The notes under the pieces are model-generated. The model was not told the DNA's origin. It saw nothing but the letters and a program-made list of their open reading frames with translations, and did not search any database. From a virus, in the IMG/VR virus record IMGVR_UViG_3300045988_170948, positions 1-19,425 of that record: a stretch of DNA of 19,425 nucleotides; one strand, given 5' to 3'. The position numbers and the translations under genes are program-made. Below are positions 17,449-19,425 of this stretch, in pieces (positions within the stretch are counted from its first letter, which is position 1; each line of letters starts with the position of its first letter).

Positions 17449-19167
17449 CTAATTTTTAAAGACATACTTTTTACCTATAATAGTATATCCATAAGATCTG
17501 TTTCCATTCACTGATTTTTTAGTTACCTTAACTTCATAATATTTTGTAATATCAGTAGCTTTAGCATTAGTTTTATTAACTAAATCATAAGCTTTTTGTA
17601 GTATCTTTTTAATATCAGTATTAGAATACCACATACCTAAAGTTATATCTTTATTAAGTTTATTTGCTACTTTATTATCTACAGATTTATCTGAAGTTTT
17701 AATAAGTTCATCTTTTATTTTAGTAATACAGTATTTTAGAGTGGCCATTTTATTGAATCCAAGTTTAGTAATAGCATCCATTAACCAAGGGTATTTAATA
17801 AGAGCATCATCTAATTTTGGGGTGTTTACCTTATATAAGGTTTCATATTCCTCTCTTACTTCTTTAATTATATCTTTAAATGCTTTTGTTTTAGTATTTA
17901 GATCTATTTTTATAGAATTATCATATTGTTCTACCACTTTATTAAATCCTTTATTAATATATTCCTTAGAAAGATTAGCTCTAGCAGAATACAGTCCCCT
18001 AGATACTTTAAAATTAAATAAATCAATTTTAGCCATATTAGGGTCAAATTCAAATACATCATCCCAATTTAATTTAATGTATGCATCAGAAGTAAATTCT
18101 CTAAGTTTCTTTTTAGCTATCTCTGGAAGTTTATTGTATGCTTCTACAGCAATTTTAGTTTCTTCAATATTCTGGATATTAAGCTTTTTAAATTCTTCAT
18201 AAGATATATCAGCATATCTTGTTGTAGAATAAATGTGAGTTATCCAATTAATATATTTACTATTTCTAATTCTACCAGCAATCTGCTGTATAGAAGTTGA
18301 TATATCAAGTAATGTATTAGCTTTACTTGGATCAGATATAATTATTATCCTTCCATTTTCATCATAAATATCTGAACCTTCAAATACAGTTGAAGTTAAT
18401 AAGTTTATTTTCTTAGGTTCATCTAAGACTGTTGAATTAGGAATTGACAGTTTAGTTTTATTGTTTTTGGAATATATAACTCTGGTATTATTAGATGTTA
18501 ATTTGGCTTTCTTAATAAGGTTCTTTATAAAGTCTACTGAATTAACGAATATGTAGGCGTTACCTTCAACCTGTCCGTTTAAAAATCCATTTATAAGTTT
18601 AATAGTAGAAGCTTCTACATTATCACATTTAACAGTTTGCACTTTTACATCTATAACATCATCCCATTCCTGCTTTACTAATTCTAAATCTTTTAATTCA
18701 TCTAATACAAACTCTTCCTCTAAAGGTGTTGCGGTCATAAATGTAAAATTACCAAATAATTTATAATATTTAAGCACTGATTGAATAGCAGAGCTTCTAA
18801 AGCTATACTGATTAAAGAGAATATGATATTCATCAATTAAAATGCTAAACTCTTTAGGATTAATTGCAGAAATAACTTTATAAAGAGAATCATAGGTAAC
18901 AATGATTTTAGGGCATTTAACACTATCTACATAATCTTTAATCTCTTTAATAGTAACACCAGCATAAACTCCAAATATCTTCTCAGTACGTCTTTCATTT
19001 GGATATTGTTGAAGTTTATTTTCAACTAAGCTAGTAAATGGAACACAAATAACATAAGGCTTATTGCATTCAATTGCCATTGAAGTTCCTCCACATCCAA
19101 CTTTTCCTTTATCAAATAAACAGTTAGTTGGCAACTCATTAATAATTTCATTTAAATATGTTTTCAT
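17449..19167 (-). CDS. Superfamily 2 DExH-box helicase (572 aa)
   Basis: Motif I-like GKVGCGGTS, motif II LIDEYH, motif III MTATP and motif VI QQIAGRIRN are present. The five Trp visible in the quoted motifs (QEWDD, INWITH, LNWDD, YPWLMD, GMWYS) are TGG, and there is no in-frame TGA. Ends in TAG. Confidence 0.75.
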   Translation of the reverse strand: MKTYLNEIINELPTNCLFDKGKVGCGGTSMAIECNKPYVICVPFTSLVENKLQQYPNERRTEKIFGVYAGVTIKEIKDYVDSVKCPKIIVTYDSLYKVISAINPKEFSILIDEYHILFNQYSFRSSAIQSVLKYYKLFGNFTFMTATPLEEEFVLDELKDLELVKQEWDDVIDVKVQTVKCDNVEASTIKLINGFLNGQVEGNAYIFVNSVDFIKNLIKKAKLTSNNTRVIYSKNNKTKLSIPNSTVLDEPKKINLLTSTVFEGSDIYDENGRIIIISDPSKANTLLDISTSIQQIAGRIRNSKYINWITHIYSTTRYADISYEEFKKLNIQNIEETKIAVEAYNKLPEIAKKKLREFTSDAYIKLNWDDVFEFDPNMAKIDLFNFKVSRGLYSARANLSKEYINKGFNKVVEQYDNSIKIDLNTKTKAFKDIIKEVREEYETLYKVNTPKLDDALIKYPWLMDAITKLGFNKMATLKYCITKIKDELIKTSDKSVDNKVANKLNKDITLGMWYSNTDIKKILQKAYDLVNKTNAKATDITKYYEVKVTKKSVNGNRSYGYTIIGKKYVFKN

Positions 19168-19192
19168 AGTTGTAATAATTTTGGTTATTAAT

Positions 19193-19241
19193 TGTCTATT
19201 TTTATTTTATCTATACACATCAAGTGAGTAAAAATTTGACA
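19193..19241 (+). promoter_or_regulatory. Conserved intergenic element, copy C (points rightwards, away from the helicase)
   Basis: TGTCTATTTTTATTTTATCTATACACATCAAGTGAGTAAAAATTTGACA lies in the divergent region right of the helicase start. Confidence 0.5.
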
Positions 19242-19258
19242 CCTTAATGTTAAAAAGT

Positions 19259-19277
19259 GGCAGGATTTTCACCTGCC
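19259..19277. other. GC-rich hairpin; on the - strand it is followed by a T5 run (terminator or attenuator-like)
   Basis: GGCAGG-ATTTTCA-CCTGCC. On the - strand the hairpin is followed by ACTTTTTAAC. On the + strand no T-run follows. Confidence 0.45.
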
Positions 19278-19314
19278 TAGAAGTAGTAGAATTACTTGTT
19301 TTATTTTGATACTA

Positions 19315-19346
19315 CAAATATACAACAATTTTTCTCAATCTCCAAA
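19315..19346 (-). promoter_or_regulatory. Bacteroidota-type promoter (proximal) directed at the helicase gene
   Basis: The - strand reads TTTG (19346-19343), then 20 nt, then TATATTTG (19322-19315). This matches the -33 TTTG / -7 TAnnTTTG consensus. Confidence 0.55.
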
Positions 19347-19392
19347 TAATTTGGGTATTATTTTAATAAAAAATTATTTTTTCTTTACACTA

Positions 19393-19423
19393 CAAATATA
19401 ATAATAAATTTTTATTCTACAAA
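19393..19423 (-). promoter_or_regulatory. Bacteroidota-type promoter (distal), tandem duplicate
   Basis: The - strand reads TTTG (19423-19420), then 19 nt, then TATATTTG (19400-19393). It lies within a second copy of the + strand 12-mer ACTACAAATATA (19311-19322 and 19389-19400). Confidence 0.5.
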
Positions 19424-19425
19424 AC

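Noticed and set aside
2101-18202. ORF-track entries antisense to, or in alternative frames of, large genes: 2101-2349(-), 3632-3847(-), 3951-4238(-), 4564-4755(+), 8190-8378(-), 9361-9657(-), 12311-12508(-), 12366-12587(-), 13112-13366(-), 15610-15795(-), 17741-18202(+).
   Set aside because: Each lies wholly inside a better-supported gene. Their translations are low-complexity (I/F/L/S/N-rich), as expected for shadow frames in AT-rich DNA. None has a motif or a sensible junction with its neighbours.
19246-19365. A short + strand ORF in the right-hand intergenic region (MLKSGRIFTCLEVVELLVLF-TGA-YYKYTTIFLNLQIIWVLF).
   Set aside because: It overlaps the hairpin and promoter repeats, has no recognisable start context or motif, and has low-complexity hydrophobic content. 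It is probably not coding.
1-19425. A phage of a natively code-4 host (Mycoplasmatota such as Mycoplasma or Spiroplasma).
   Set aside because: TGG remains the majority Trp codon in an AT-rich genome, and whole genes (helicase, capsid) avoid TGA, whereas native code-4 genomes strongly prefer TGA. Bacteroidota-type -33/-7 promoters are present. This is not excluded, and host prediction is needed.

Overview
AT-rich (about 30% G+C by eye), gene-dense segment of a tailed-phage (Caudoviricetes) genome. The + strand (1-16891) carries late genes in this order: tape measure, prohead protease, scaffold, major capsid protein, putative tail tube, tail fibres and two paralogous LRR-type receptor-binding candidates, portal, putative adaptor, then a lysis cassette (membrane-anchored protein, holin, M15 endolysin). 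Four free-standing homing endonuclease genes (3 GIY-YIG, 1 HNH) are wedged between these genes. A bidirectional terminator (16900-16926) separates this block from a convergent - strand block of three small genes and an SF2 DExH helicase. The main result is that the late region is only coherent if TGA is read as tryptophan (genetic code 4). Nineteen in-frame TGAs join same-frame ORF-track fragments, fall on Trp positions of recognisable motifs, and reveal a 217-aa gene that the ORF track misses. All 26 CDS end in TAA or TAG. TGA is absent from the helicase, which sits downstream of two Bacteroidota-type promoters (TTTG-N19/20-TATATTTG). TGA is concentrated in genes downstream of a conserved ~49-bp intergenic element present in four oriented copies, which I read as a candidate phage-specific promoter. 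Shine-Dalgarno sequences are essentially absent, and TAAT(T)ATG and TAATG stop-start junctions dominate. No tRNA, rRNA, CRISPR array or integrase is visible. All family names come from motif recognition by eye, with no database search.
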